A stretch of DNA of 64,000 bases. Source: Lingula anatina (taxonomy: Eukaryota; Animalia; Brachiopoda). Below are positions 25,430 through 37,686 of this stretch, one piece after another. The position numbers were made by a program, and so were the translations under genes. The first letter of the stretch is position 1. Each line of letters begins with the position of its first letter. The notes below the pieces were generated by a model. The model had not been told where the DNA came from and searched no databases. It saw only the letters and a program-made list of their open reading frames with translations. The stretch spans positions 21,824,001 to 21,888,000 of the forward strand of contig CM120640.1 of NCBI GenBank assembly GCA_051362555.1, given 5' to 3'.

Positions 25430-25600
25430 TTAGGTAATATTTGAAAAAACAAGCTTGTATTTCCTTTAAGGAAGCTTTCTTTCTTTTTGATAGAATGATA
25501 ACACCCATTCTTTTCTATGGTGCTGAGATGTGGGGTTATAAACCAGTAGAAAGTATTGAAATCTTCCAAGCAAAAATTTGTAGATATTTATTAGGTGTTA
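25430..25600 (+). pseudogene. Fragment of a second non-LTR retrotransposon ORF2
   Basis: LFDRMITPILFYGAEMWG...FQAKICRYLLGV motif typical of post-RT region. Confidence 0.6.
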
Positions 25601-26063
25601 CGGTAATGTGCCAAGCATTTCGACAGGCCCATTCAATCCGGCCAAAAAAATTAATTTATATTATAAAATTAATTTTCAGGGCTCAAACAATTAGTCCATA
25701 CGTCAAAATCATGCAACAATTTTTTTTCTTGTTCTGATTGTTCGACCACATCGTCGGCAAGACTCGGTAAATTTTCAAGCCAGTGAAATAGATGCTGCAT
25801 GTCGCGGCCCTTTGTCAACATTTGTCCTTTCAATAGCTTTTGTCAAAGAGGAAGAAACAATTAACTGAAGATCTAATCTGCAAGCGAGACGTACCCGTCA
25901 TTTCCTTTGTCCCCGATGACAATAATAGTGCTTATAGACATACAATTTGTGCTAATTTAGCAGACTTGCCCTCGCTGACTGATTCGTCACAACCGTAACT
26001 GGGGGGGGGGGGGGGGGGGATGTCTGCTCTGGATGAAACCAAATATCGACAGTGGGTAGGATA

Positions 26064-26221
26064 TGTTGCACTACTGACGGATGTCATTTTAATAAAGTGG
26101 ATTCAAGGAGATACGAACAAACACGCCTTTTCACTTCAAAACAGCAAACCGGAAGAACAGGGAATGCTGGGATTTATTTCAGCATAATTAATTATGATAA
26201 TTATGTTATCATATTCCAACA
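26064..26221 (-). repeat. Probable Copia 3' LTR
   Basis: TGTTG...CAACA ends, immediately after AAGTGGGGG PPT, contains AATAAA; left boundary unconfirmed without a partner. Confidence 0.6.
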
Positions 26222-26371
26222 CCCCCACTTGAAAGCATAATTTCAGAACTTACACAACAACTACATTCTTGCAACAATTACAAATGCACCAAGTCTCTTT
26301 GCATTTCTCATTTACATTAAATGTCTCTGTTCAGTATTACAAGAATTTACAATTGTCATGCATTACAGTAT

Positions 26372-28624
26372 CTAATATCCAAATATGAAATCTTTAAATC
26401 TTTCCAACTTAAACTTGTTTGCAGGCTTTGTGAATAAATCAGCCACCATATCTGTGGTTGGACAGTATTCCACAGAAACACTACACTTGTTGTATTCTGC
26501 ACGAACAAAATGGTATTTCACATCAATATGCTTGGATCTTTGATGTTTCACAGGATTCTTAATCAAAGCTATAGCACCTTGGTTATCCTCATAAATTGTT
26601 ACAGGACTAACTCCACAAAATGTGCTATTTCCAATCCCCTTAATCAACTGACTTAGATACAGTCTCTCGTGTACTGCACCGGCTAGAGCCATGTACTCAG
26701 CTTCACAAGTTGAGAGTGCTACAGTAGGCTGTTTCCTAGCTTTCCACGAAATAAGTGGTCCATCTTGACTTAATGAAAAACAATACCCTGTATAACTACG
26801 TCTATCTTCTTGTGAAGATGCCCAATCAGCATCACTGTAACCAAATAAACATAAGTTTTCTTCAGATCTCCTGAAGCTTAACTTGTAATCTACAATCGCC
26901 TTAATGTACCTAAAAACATGTTTGACTGCAATCCACTGATCACTTGTTGGATTCACTAAATACTGAGAAAGCTTCGTAACTATCCAGCATAAGTCTGGTC
27001 TAGTGCACAGCATTGCATACATAATGCTACCTATAGCTTCTCTGTACTTCTTACTATCAACAGTATCACCTGTCTCAACAAAATCTAGTTTTTGCTCGCT
27101 AGGAGTGCTTCTCCCTTTGCATTCGGTCATTTCAAATTTCTCAAGTACTTTGGTTAAATACCTTTTCTGGCTCATGGTAATCTGACCATCAATCTGCTCA
27201 AAATCAATTCCTAGAAAGTAACTTAATTTTCCCATATCTTTCATTTGGAATCTTGCACTGAGTAATTCCTTGATCTCATGAATAACTGATACATTGTTTC
27301 CAGCTATCAATACATCATCAACCCAAATAAGCAAAATAACAACATTTTCACCATCACCTTTGGTAAAAATACATGGATCAACCTCATTCTGGATAAACCC
27401 ATTCTCTATCAAATAACTACTCAAAATTGTGTTCCAGTTCCTACTGGACTGTTTCAAACCGTAGAGAGATTTGTTCAGTTTCCACACTAACTTTTCACCT
27501 TTGTCATTCGCATGTTCAGTAAAACCTTCTGCTGGCTCTACATATATTTCACAATCAATTGGAGCATTTAAGTAAGCTGTTTTCACATCCATCTGATGCA
27601 ACTCTAAATTACACTGTGTAGCTACTTGCATCAATACACGTATAGATGTGAGATTAGGAGTTGGAGCAGAAGTTTCATGGTAATCTGTGCCCTCTCTCTG
27701 TGTAAAACCTTTTGCTACATACCTGGCCTTATGCTTTAATGTACCATCACTATTCTCTTTCAAAGCATATACCCAACGTCCATCTATGATCTTTCTATTT
27801 TCTGGCAATGTAACTACACTGAAAACTTCATTTTCTCTGAAAGAATTCATTTCTTCATCCATGGCATGCTGCCATTTACTGGCATCATCAGATCTAACAG
27901 CTTCATCATATGTCTGAGGACACTCTAATATCATCCTATAACAATAGTCCACAGTAATGTAAGATTGGTCTTCATTACCATCACCTAACACATAATCATT
28001 GAAGTGTTTTGGCATTGAATGCTCCCGTGCTGGGTAACGCCTCTCAGGCTCAGTACCCTGTGGAATATCCCCCACTGAATTCTCAATTCCCCCACTCTCT
28101 ATCTGTGGCTTAACTTCCTGCGTAACCTCTGATTTAACATTCCCAGTACATCTCACTTCTATCTGAGACTTCGACTCCTGCTTGATATTTTCACTACCTC
28201 CCACTTCTATCTGAGGCTTAAACTCTTTAATATCAGGCTTAACTGGTGGTGTCTGATCATGGCACTCTAAATGATCATTAGTGCACTTGGAAATTTCACC
28301 TGCAAATTTCACACACCTACTCTTTTTGACTACACCTGTCTCAGGAAAATAGACAAGATATGAAGGGCTTCTTTTATCGTGCCCAACAAAAATTCCTTTC
28401 TTGCACCTGGGATCTAATTTGCCTTTGTGTTGTTCATAACTATAACAAGTTGAACCGAACACATGTATACGTTTTGCACTGGGTCTAACACCCGTCACTG
28501 CCTCAAAAGGCGTCATTTCAATGCGGTTGTTGTAACATCTATTCCTAATATGTGCAGCAGCCATCACCGCATACACCCACATTACCTTGGGTAATTCTGC
28601 CTCAATCAGTAAACACCTGGCCAT
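26372..28624 (-). CDS. Copia integrase C-part + RT + RNase H (750 aa open segment)
   Basis: ORF track; canonical Copia motifs in IN-RT-RH order. Confidence 0.9.
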   Translation of the reverse strand: MARCLLIEAELPKVMWVYAVMAAAHIRNRCYNNRIEMTPFEAVTGVRPSAKRIHVFGSTCYSYEQHKGKLDPRCKKGIFVGHDKRSPSYLVYFPETGVVKKSRCVKFAGEISKCTNDHLECHDQTPPVKPDIKEFKPQIEVGGSENIKQESKSQIEVRCTGNVKSEVTQEVKPQIESGGIENSVGDIPQGTEPERRYPAREHSMPKHFNDYVLGDGNEDQSYITVDYCYRMILECPQTYDEAVRSDDASKWQHAMDEEMNSFRENEVFSVVTLPENRKIIDGRWVYALKENSDGTLKHKARYVAKGFTQREGTDYHETSAPTPNLTSIRVLMQVATQCNLELHQMDVKTAYLNAPIDCEIYVEPAEGFTEHANDKGEKLVWKLNKSLYGLKQSSRNWNTILSSYLIENGFIQNEVDPCIFTKGDGENVVILLIWVDDVLIAGNNVSVIHEIKELLSARFQMKDMGKLSYFLGIDFEQIDGQITMSQKRYLTKVLEKFEMTECKGRSTPSEQKLDFVETGDTVDSKKYREAIGSIMYAMLCTRPDLCWIVTKLSQYLVNPTSDQWIAVKHVFRYIKAIVDYKLSFRRSEENLCLFGYSDADWASSQEDRRSYTGYCFSLSQDGPLISWKARKQPTVALSTCEAEYMALAGAVHERLYLSQLIKGIGNSTFCGVSPVTIYEDNQGAIALIKNPVKHQRSKHIDVKYHFVRAEYNKCSVSVEYCPTTDMVADLFTKPANKFKLERFKDFIFGY

Positions 28625-29296
28625 TTCAAATAAAGTGCGCCACTCTCGTTCTACTGTACCATTTTGCTTACAGGAGTAACAGTACCAGTAAGATCAGTGT
28701 GAACTAACTCAAATGGTACCTTAGCACGACTATCAGCCACTCTGCTAAAGTGCTGTGTCATCTTACCCATCGTACACACTTCACAATCACTAAACTTCCT
28801 ATCAGTAATTTTCATGTCCTTAACTACTGATTCAAGCTTCTCAATATCTCTAACATTACAGTGGCCCAAAATCTTATGCCACTCTTCTAAGCTACTGTAT
28901 GCCTGACTTCTGAATTAACATTCATACTATACAAGTAATATAGTCGACCATGTTTCTCAATGTCAAAGATAGTTCCATTTGTCGCGATCATTTCCGCATG
29001 ATCTGAATTGAAGGTGATCTGGCATCCTTTCTCAGTAGCTGCTTGCACTGAAAAAATGTTCTGTTTGTAACTTGGGACATATAATGCATTGTCTAAAGTC
29101 ACATTTGCTACTTTCCCATCAGCAGTGGTCAGTGACACATTAACTTTCCCTCTTCCTTGGGCTATGCCATTGGTCCTAGTTCCATCAGCCAATTCAATAA
29201 AGTGTTTGTCTGGGTCAAAGTTTTTGTCAAATTCTATGAATTTTGATTTGTCTGTCACTATGTGTGACGTGGCTCCACAGTCCACAAGAAAACTAA

Positions 29297-29807
29297 AGGG
29301 GCCCGCACACGGTGAGCATTTGGCGCGCGCCACTTGCGCTGCGCCGTTTTCTCATCGTGTGCGGGGGTATTTTGGTGAGATTTTTGCCTCACGCGCGGCT
29401 GAGCAAAATTTCTCACGTGTTTGATTTTTTTGGTCTCTTGAGACAAATGTCTCACCGTGTGCGGGGTGCAAGCGCCGATTGCTCACGCCATGCTAACAAT
29501 GCGCATGTGCCAGTAGCCGGAAACAAACAAAAATGGCAGCCCCCAGCGAAGTCAACAAAAATGTACACAGTTATAGTTAGTCTGATTGATTAACGTGGTC
29601 ACCATTATCCATTACTATCAGAAAAAACAACAATATGTAATGTTTCCTTAAACACATGATCCCACAGTTCACAGTGCGTCCGCTAGGGGCAGGCCGGGAG
29701 GCATCTCTGCTGAGCAAAGAGCGCATCGTTTGCGGGGAGCTGAGGAGCGCGAGCATCTGGCGCAGCGCAAGTGGCGCGCGCCGAATGCTCACCGTGTGCG
29801 GGCCCCT
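29297..29807. mobile_element. PIF/Harbinger-type MITE inserted in Copia
   Basis: ~50-bp TIR AGGGGCCCGCACACGGTGAGCATT..., 3-bp TSD TAA. Confidence 0.88.
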
Positions 29808-30129
29808 TAACATCCTGATCTGGTGTTTGACACTGTTTTCTGTCATTTTGAATACAAAGTTACAGTTTTCTTCAGAATTTGATACATTGTTTATTACCTT
29901 GGCATGATGTGTTCCACGTGCTTGGTTCCTCTGCTTTGACTCGTCTGCCCAGCATTCATACGATTTATGTCCTCTTTTATTGCATGTCCAACAAATCACA
30001 CCTTTTCTGTCCTTTCGTTTCACATGACGCGACGAACTTGATACTTTCATTACAGTCTCTTTCTCTTTACTGCTTGTATCAAATTGTGATTTTTCTGTGT
30101 CATCGTAGTTTTTCAGAGCTACTTTAAAT

Positions 30130-30375
30130 GGGGTCATGCCGATACTCCCCCGCACCGATACTCCCCCGCACCGATACTCCCCCTTAGTAAATTTTTGCAT
30201 TATGCACATCGATACGACCCCACACCGATAGATCCCCGCATCGATAAACCCCCTGTAAAATTGCCGTTATACGCGCATCGTTACTCCCCCGCACCGATAC
30301 TCCCCGGCGTTGTTGTTTCCCCGCACCGTTACTCCCCCGCACCGACACTACCCCGCATCATTACTCCCCCTATGC
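30130..30375. repeat. Array of CCGATACTCCCCCGCA-like 16-mers, likely transposon terminal region
   Basis: About 9-10 imperfect copies starting at the Copia breakpoint. Confidence 0.7.
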
Positions 30376-31100
30376 AATTTTGCCGAAACTGAGGATCGAG
30401 TAACAGAGTCAACCCTCCATTTAATTATACAGGTTAGGGTCAGTCTAGGTAAGTGGATCAAAATCTACGACCCGTTTAATTATTAAATTAAGTCCAAATT
30501 TTGCGGAGAATCTCATGTACCACGCAAGTCCTTTATGCGAAATTTCGAGTTGGCACGTAGGCCTATGTAAGCACGTACGGAGGATATTGAACATTTCCAA
30601 TAGATTCTACGAATAATCTGTGAACAGCGAGGCCGCAAGCGTAATTTGCTCCCTTTCTAAGGAGTTTGCGATTGGTTTGCAAGTGAGACTTGCCTGGTCC
30701 AAGATGCACGCCGCAAGAAATGAAGGAGAAAGAGCCCTTTGCGTGTTGAGTACGGCGCACGCCCTCACATCTATAACGAACAAAATCGAAAACACGACGG
30801 GACTGCGAGTATAAAAGGCGTGCTCACGACGCATGCTCGTGTCTCGACAATTTCGTTGTGCAACAATTTTCAAATTTTTTTAATTTTGCTCAATTCAGAT
30901 TCTAATCTAATTCAGATTCAAAAGACAAGGGAAAGAAGCTTAAAGAGCAGAAAAGAAGGTTGGAGGAAAAAGACAGAAAACGAAGCGCTTTAGCACTTCT
31001 TTTTTATTACTTAATTAATAATTTTACGAATTCATCGTTGCCTGAAAAAAAAGACATAGCTGCGTTATCTTAGATTAAAACTAACTTTGCCTTAAGTTAA

Positions 31101-31131
<31 letters not shown>

Positions 31132-31454
31132 AAGGCAGTACAATATAGGCCTATATACAGTAACTACTTAGTACAGTAGGAGAACGAAATTAATTTTGCA
31201 AAAACATTTCTCAAAAATCACAGAGCTGAAGAGCTGTAGACCTACGTATTGTCAAGCTGCACACTACAGGTACTTCGCTATCACTCTAGGCTTTCCTTTA
31301 CCTTTTACTAATATGTGCAATTAGTTTTATATTTTCGTCCACCCCAGGGGCAGCCTGGCCAGTTTCAGCTTACATAGTTGAAGCAAACCCGTCCCCACTC
31401 CAATTCTACCTGTCTCGTACTTCAAGCTGTTTCAGGGACTTAGAAAAAAATCCT

Positions 31455-31643
31455 GGTTGCAAAATGCGTTGCAGTTGCAAAATGCGTTTTCACGATTTTC
31501 TTTGGTTGCAAAATGCGTTGCAGTTGCAAAATGCGTTCAGTTGCAAAATGCGGCTCTACTTAGTAGGACCGCATTTTGCAACTGAACGCATTTTGCAACC
31601 GGTTGCAAAATGCGGTCGGTTGCAAAATGCGGCTCTACAACCG
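31455..31643. repeat. Array of GTTGCAAAATGCG motifs (direct and inverted), likely transposon terminal region
   Basis: Seven direct and two inverted copies ending GCTCTACAACCG. Confidence 0.7.
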
Positions 31644-31920
31644 TCTTCATTAACATGTGGTTTGCGCTAGGTATGCCGGAGCAGACTAGATAAGACCAGT
31701 CTCTCGTTTCTGCGTTTGCTCAATTCTCACATCAAATTATAAATGCTTCTGTTTTGTGTAAATTATGGCAATTAAATGCTTATTTTACGTTCGGGTTGTA
31801 TTAGTGGGGTTTTCAATATGCACCGTGGCTTGTGCACAGCGAGTGTATAGAAAATCGGAAGAGTGCCAACAAGATATGTCTATCGGCACAGGTAGGCTCC
31901 GTAAATTGCCTTTTCTCAAT

Positions 31921-34455
31921 TGGCCCATTAGAGCCTGCGTCATCAAAACAAACGGCAGCCATACTGGAGGGAGACCGGAATCGTCTGCTGCGCATGAACA
32001 AGCCGTGTCTGTAGTTTAGTTTTTGTTTTCTGTATTTTCTTGATATTTAACCGAGCAAAATAATGAATTACCGCAGGGTATTTGATGGGGAGAAGATAAC
32101 TAACTTTACAAGCGTTCACAATATGCCTGCAGTGGTAACCAGGGCCGTAGCCTGAGCAAACTGCCAGGGGGGGCAGTAAGCGGACACGAGGGGCGAAACC
32201 ACCAAGGGGGGGGGGGGTGTGCGTGGGGGTGTTCCCCTCCCACGGTATGGAAAATTTTTAAAAACTGTATGTATAATACTGCATTCTGTTGCATTTTAAC
32301 TGTTATTAATTGCTCAATCAGAAGTCAGAAATTGCGATTTTTTTTTTTTTTGCACCTCAAAACCCAGGGGGGGCAGCTGCCCCCCCTGCCCCCCCGGAGG
32401 CTACGGCCCTGGTAACAATCCAAGGTGAACGGACTAAGACCATAAACGGAGGAGAGACGACGAGGTGGCTTTGAATCAAGACTCATCGGACAAGTAAAGG
32501 ATAAAACTAATTTATTTTATAGCAAAGAATGAAGACCTAGCTGTACAGATTTTACCACAAAAGATTATATATGTAAAAAAAAAAGAAAAAAAAAAAAAAC
32601 TGTAGAAAACCAAAGACCTAGGTGTGTACGATTGGAGCGCACGTACACTGCATATAAGTAGGCCCTAGTGCCCAAAAAGTTTGGGTGGAGAGTGTGTTGT
32701 TAAAACGTGTGGAAATACCCAGGCAGGCATACCCGACTTTTATTATGAAGACTTACTTATTGCCTTGGGTGTAATTTGTTATCAGTTACGGTGCTCTCCG
32801 GATTTTATCGGCTGTCACCTACCTTTTTAATACCTGGTTAGCATTATTGTCAATTAGTGTCAAGGCTATATTTGTACACAGCTGAGCTAGGCCAATTAAA
32901 TCAATTACCTGTATGAAGTGTACTTGGAAGTTAGTGGCTTAATTTTCGATTTGGTGTAGTGTTAAGAGTAATTTTATTTTGCAAGTATATTCTACTTCAG
33001 GTGTAACTGAAATATAACCTCATGAAATGAATTTGCACTTTCCTCTGTAAAAAATGTTAAATTTTGCTCCTTCAACTGTAATGTTGTAAGTTACAATATG
33101 AATAAAAATCACTATTGTTATCTTTTTATTAATTTACATTTAGGAAAATGATCAGGCATTTTCCCATCAAGCCACACTGATTGGGTGCAAGTTAATTTAA
33201 AAAAAAAAAAAAACACGGAAGCTTTTGATGACAGGTACAAAAGGCAGCTAGATGACACACAAGGTAGAAGCAACAAAAAATATTCCTAGATCTTTGTGAC
33301 CAGCTGAGAGACAGGATCTGGATATCAGGAGACTGAAATCCAGTACATGTACGTGACAGGAGTTACTAGTATTTAATTGGATTTGCATGAAGCGACACTC
33401 AGAACTGAAAATATAGCACTGAAAGAACAGATCAGTTCTTATTTGTCAGAGAAATTTTGAGAAAATGATCATTGGGTTCTGAGTTTTACTGGTTTTACTA
33501 ACTTTGCTCTTTTAATGATTGTTTTGTTTATTTGTTCGAATTCTCAATTCCAAAGTTATCACAACTCTGTAGAAAACAAGAATCATTCTGCCATGCATAT
33601 TAATTGCATGTGACTTTTAAGTGTCGATCTCCTCATCCCTTTCAAAATTTTATTCATACAAAATGTGCACTTTTCCTATTGCAAAAATGAAGATCAATTC
33701 ATGAAGAGAATTATTGTTATTTTACATTGGATATCATATACATAAGTGTGAAAAATGCCTTGCTTCTGTGAATGACTGAACTAATAATAAAATGCTTATA
33801 ATGTTGCATATATATATGAATGGCTGCATTCATTGTGAAATATTGAACTCTCTCAAACAAGTCATGTTACATGTACTTTCTAATGACCCAAAATGAAGTA
33901 CAATAATGCTGAAATAACTACTGACAGCTTCACGATGTAGAGATAATTAAGTTATATTTGACAGCAATATTTCATGTCATAAGACAATCCTGCATACATT
34001 CTTTCTTGAGTCCATAAGGGTTGATCCCGATGATCAGCTCAAATTTCTCCTTATATCTATCCTTTATGAAAAAAAGTTGCTTTTATGAAAGGTTAAAATT
34101 AACTTATATAATGACACATTAAACTCTCTCAAACTATAACTGTTATTACCCAATGAACAAGAAATATGAAGAACAAAATAACTGAACTATGACAACACGA
34201 TGTTGGACAAGTAACATTTGGTAGGATTTCACGTCTTTAGACTGTCTTGAGTTCATATCGGTTGATCCCGCTGATCAGCTGAAACTTCCACTTGTATATA
34301 TCCTTTTGCCTTTGGTGTACTTGATCGCGATATGAAGTTTATTTTATTTTATTTGGTTCACCTATTTTACCGCTACTATTCCCCGTCGTTCTTTCCCTCC
34401 AGCATGGCCGCGGGACTAGTGTTACGGAGCAAATATGACGTCACTGTAATGGGTA
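31921..34455 (+). mobile_element. Non-autonomous ISL2EU derivative, copy 1
   Basis: Ends CCCATTAGAGCCTGCGTCAT / ATGACGTCACTGTAATGGG; decayed THAP start and FTGF remnant on +, partner-gene start on -; homologous to copies 2 and 3. Confidence 0.75.
32140..32411. mobile_element. hAT-type MITE family A (longer variant)
   Basis: Same TIRs as 7839-7997, TSD GTAAC; site is empty in the other two host copies. Confidence 0.9.
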
Positions 34456-35637
34456 TGTATTAATATGACATGATTTTTAAATTAAACACAGAATTCCGTT
34501 TCAGTACCACTTGGTATTCATTGATAGGGGCGACTGAATTTTCTTCGGAAATGCGTATGTCTACGCCGAGCAAACCTTGCGCGTTGAAAACAACTTATCT
34601 CAGACTGGTAAAAAATATCTCAATTTGGTTGATTTCAGTCGACATACAGGGTATTAAAATTCAAATAGGGCGTACGTAGATCACATAACTGGTTTAAGTC
34701 CACTAAAGCTACCGGTTTCAAATATAAGTGACCGGGCACTGTTTACAACACCTGTCTCCGGGGGAAAAAGCGTCTTGTGAAGCGCTGTTGTGTTCGTGCA
34801 TTTTCCTACCTTCACGCGGTGTGCTCTCCCTGCGCGGAGAGCGCGCAATTACGGTAAGTACTGCGCACACCAAGTGGAGAGTCCAACTTCCCTGCCTGAT
34901 CCCGGTGAGTACAACTCAACCACAGCTACCGTGCAGACGTGTACGGTACGGACGACCAAAAAATAATCAGAATTGAGACACAATACACAGTGATCTACAA
35001 TCTCACTCTGTAAGTAGAACCAGTGAATACTTTATTGGCGACAAGGCATTCGTAACTTGTAATTTTGCGGGCCTAAAGCTTAGTTTTCCCTGTGATCTAG
35101 CTGAAAGTGGATTACGCGGGAAATTCCTTTGTCTAACATCCTTTTGAATAATTGGGTGGAACGGCGGTCAAAATTGTAGTTTCAATTTTGGATCATTAAG
35201 GTTACCGCTTCAGGAGACACTGGCATTTGTTGCGTATCTACTGTATTTTCAGTGCTTACGTGTGTGAATTGTGATATAAAGGAGATGTTGGTCTCATTCC
35301 CCTGTGTGTTGTTATCAAAGCTGAATTTACCACAAGACTGAGGTGCACACGTAATATTTTAGTTTCTTTGTTTCTTTAGTTTATTTGAAAGAATAAAATA
35401 TTGACTTTAGTTTTGTTGTTGATTATTCTTTTGCATTTTAGATAGGATTCTGAACAGAATTTCTGTCTAAATTCAAATTATTGCGTTGTGTGCCGAAGTC
35501 TTTCTTCCCCGAATTTGAATTAAATGTACGTTTTTGGATTCTATTTATAGTGAATTTCGCTATAAGCTTGGTAGTGTATTGTGCTTTGATAGGTGTAATT
35601 ATTTTGAATCAATTTAATTCTCGCTTACAAATGTACA

Positions 35638-35922
35638 GTGGCGAGTGCATCAAGGTTGCCAAGCAAGCGTGCGACTTACGATGAGCTCGTTACGCTGCCG
35701 GGTATAGGTCCTAAACGTGCAGAAAGGATAATATACGCTAGAGAGCAAGGGATCCCCGTGACCAGATCCAACATTTTGGAAATTTGTGGATCCAATACCG
35801 GATCAAATAAAATCAAAAATTTCTCTTTTGGGGGTACTCACAGCAGTGAATTAGGATCTGAAGTCAACATGGGTGACCTAGACCCTAGCGTATTATCAAA
35901 AAACTCATTACACAACTTCTAA
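35638..35922 (+). CDS. ComEA-like helix-hairpin-helix ORF, probable N-terminus of Gag
   Basis: ATYDELVTLPGIGPKRAERIIYARE matches the HhH pattern; same frame as the main Gag ORF; GTG start. Confidence 0.7.
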   Translation: MASASRLPSKRATYDELVTLPGIGPKRAERIIYAREQGIPVTRSNILEICGSNTGSNKIKNFSFGGTHSSELGSEVNMGDLDPSVLSKNSLHNF

Positions 35923-36243
35923 AGTGACTTCCTACATTCAGCATGAAGGAAGAGCGGCTGCTGAGAGATATAGGGTGGAATTTGAAAAGATTCTCAAACT
36001 GGGTGAGAAAATTCAACACCAAGAACAAATTTCTCGCAGTAAAAATGTAAAGAACGCTGCTAATTATTCACCATCAACATATTCTAAATTAAAATCTTGT
36101 TCAAAGTCACATTTTCACTCAGCTATTGACCCAAAATCTTTCACATCGCAGCCAGCCACTTTAGCCTCTGAATACGACATTTTTACTCTGCCTATTGAGA
36201 GGCTGCATGCCAATAACAAAGATAAAAAAAAGTAACATCATCT

Positions 36244-37686
36244 GTGCATGCAAAGTCTCCAGGCCGCGTCATGAACCCTGATACTGTTACTTCCTTGCCG
36301 AATGGTAAGGACAGTAGTCGGCACTTTGCTCCGTCTGTCCATAAGGGTGATGTGAATTATGATCTGTATCAGTTTCATGTTCCTAAACCCGGACGGCGGC
36401 AACGACATGTTGAGCAAAATTTTGCCGATACAGTTCAACAAAATCATGATTACCGGTCTAGTTCAATAGGAAAACATTATACGCGACCTAGAATCTCGTC
36501 TCCCGTTTTCTGTGACGAACCACTAATTTATGAAAGGGATAACAGTGAAAAAGAATACTTTCGGCTACCCAAACCAGAAAAAGTAGGTCCAAAAAGTAAA
36601 AAGGACAGAGTAGACCCCAGTGATTTACCTAAACAATTATCGTTTGACGGAAACAGTGACGACTGGGAGTCTTTCAGAAAAAGATATGAAAGTTATCGCC
36701 AGATAAAAGAGTGGTCAGAAAACGAGTGTCTGGACTACCTTCTGTGGTGTCTTGAAGGCGAGGCTTTGGCACTGTATAATAGCCATCTCAGAGCAAATAA
36801 AAATGTGTCGTACACATCTATAATGAAAGAAATGGACTTAGTGTTCGGGATTAAAAAACATCCCGATTCGGCTCGTCTGGCATTTCATACTGCCGTTCAA
36901 TCGCAAAACGAAACGCTAAACCAGTGGCTGTGCCGCGTTTTGTTACTGGTCAGAGATGCTTATCCTGATAAATCGGAGTCTTTTAGGACAAAAGAAACAA
37001 TATCAAAATTTTGTCAAGATTGTATTGATCAGGATGCTGGGCGTTATACTAGTTTAAAGCATCCAGCAAGCATCAGCGACGCAATAACACATATGGTGGA
37101 CTATCAACATGTTTGTAAACCCACGAATAGTCATAAACAAACGAAAAAAATTCGTGAAAAAATTCAAATATGTTCTCTCAATCTTACAGCTAGAGAAAAT
37201 CAACAATCTCCATCTGAAAATGTTGAAAAACTAGTCGAGTCCATCATAGAGAAACGCGTCAGCCAGCAGCCAAAATTGAGCACAATTCAATTTAATTCAA
37301 TGGCTGACTTGGAAAAAACGGTTGAACATTTGGTCAGGAAGTCCACACCTAAAACATCAAGTGTGTGTTTCTTCTGTAAAAGAAAAGACCATTTTAAAAG
37401 AAATTGCCAGAAATATAAAGAGTTCTTAAAACGAAAAAATACTGAAAAAGAACTCGAAAAACAAGAGCGAGCTGATAACGCTGAGTCATTTAAACTTATG
37501 GTTCGAGCATCGAGTACATGTTCAAATACACTGTCTCAAATGCATGGCACAGAAAAACCTCACCTAGTAGAACAATCACTGCAGCAAAATCAACGTAGGG
37601 GCGTGGAGTGGGAGTCTGACCCTAGTATAGATCAAAATCCTGGGCTTTCAGGCAATTTTTCGTCCATTAAGTGGTCTCGGGTGTAG
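36244..37686 (+). CDS. Gypsy-type Gag (capsid + zinc knuckle)
   Basis: LPKQLSFDGNSDDWESF, LLWCLEGEA, AVQSQNETL, knuckle CFFCKRKDHFKRNC; decayed protease DVGAQISVMS at ~37702. Confidence 0.88.
   Translation: MHAKSPGRVMNPDTVTSLPNGKDSSRHFAPSVHKGDVNYDLYQFHVPKPGRRQRHVEQNFADTVQQNHDYRSSSIGKHYTRPRISSPVFCDEPLIYERDNSEKEYFRLPKPEKVGPKSKKDRVDPSDLPKQLSFDGNSDDWESFRKRYESYRQIKEWSENECLDYLLWCLEGEALALYNSHLRANKNVSYTSIMKEMDLVFGIKKHPDSARLAFHTAVQSQNETLNQWLCRVLLLVRDAYPDKSESFRTKETISKFCQDCIDQDAGRYTSLKHPASISDAITHMVDYQHVCKPTNSHKQTKKIREKIQICSLNLTARENQQSPSENVEKLVESIIEKRVSQQPKLSTIQFNSMADLEKTVEHLVRKSTPKTSSVCFFCKRKDHFKRNCQKYKEFLKRKNTEKELEKQERADNAESFKLMVRASSTCSNTLSQMHGTEKPHLVEQSLQQNQRRGVEWESDPSIDQNPGLSGNFSSIKWSRV

Larger units (their letters stand above)
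26064..30128 (-). mobile_element. Ty1/Copia LTR retrotransposon, 5'-truncated and degenerate
   Basis: Knuckle CWTCNKRGHKSYEC, protease LVDCGATSH, GAG-pre-integrase H..H..CEVC, RT QMDVKTAYLN/SLYGLKQ/WVDD, RNase H YSDADWA; PPT at 26222-26230; no 5' LTR seen. Confidence 0.92.

Noticed and set aside
35638-35922. Bacterial comEA gene or contamination
   Set aside because: Embedded between paired LTRs upstream of Gag in intron-containing eukaryotic DNA; only the HhH motif is shared
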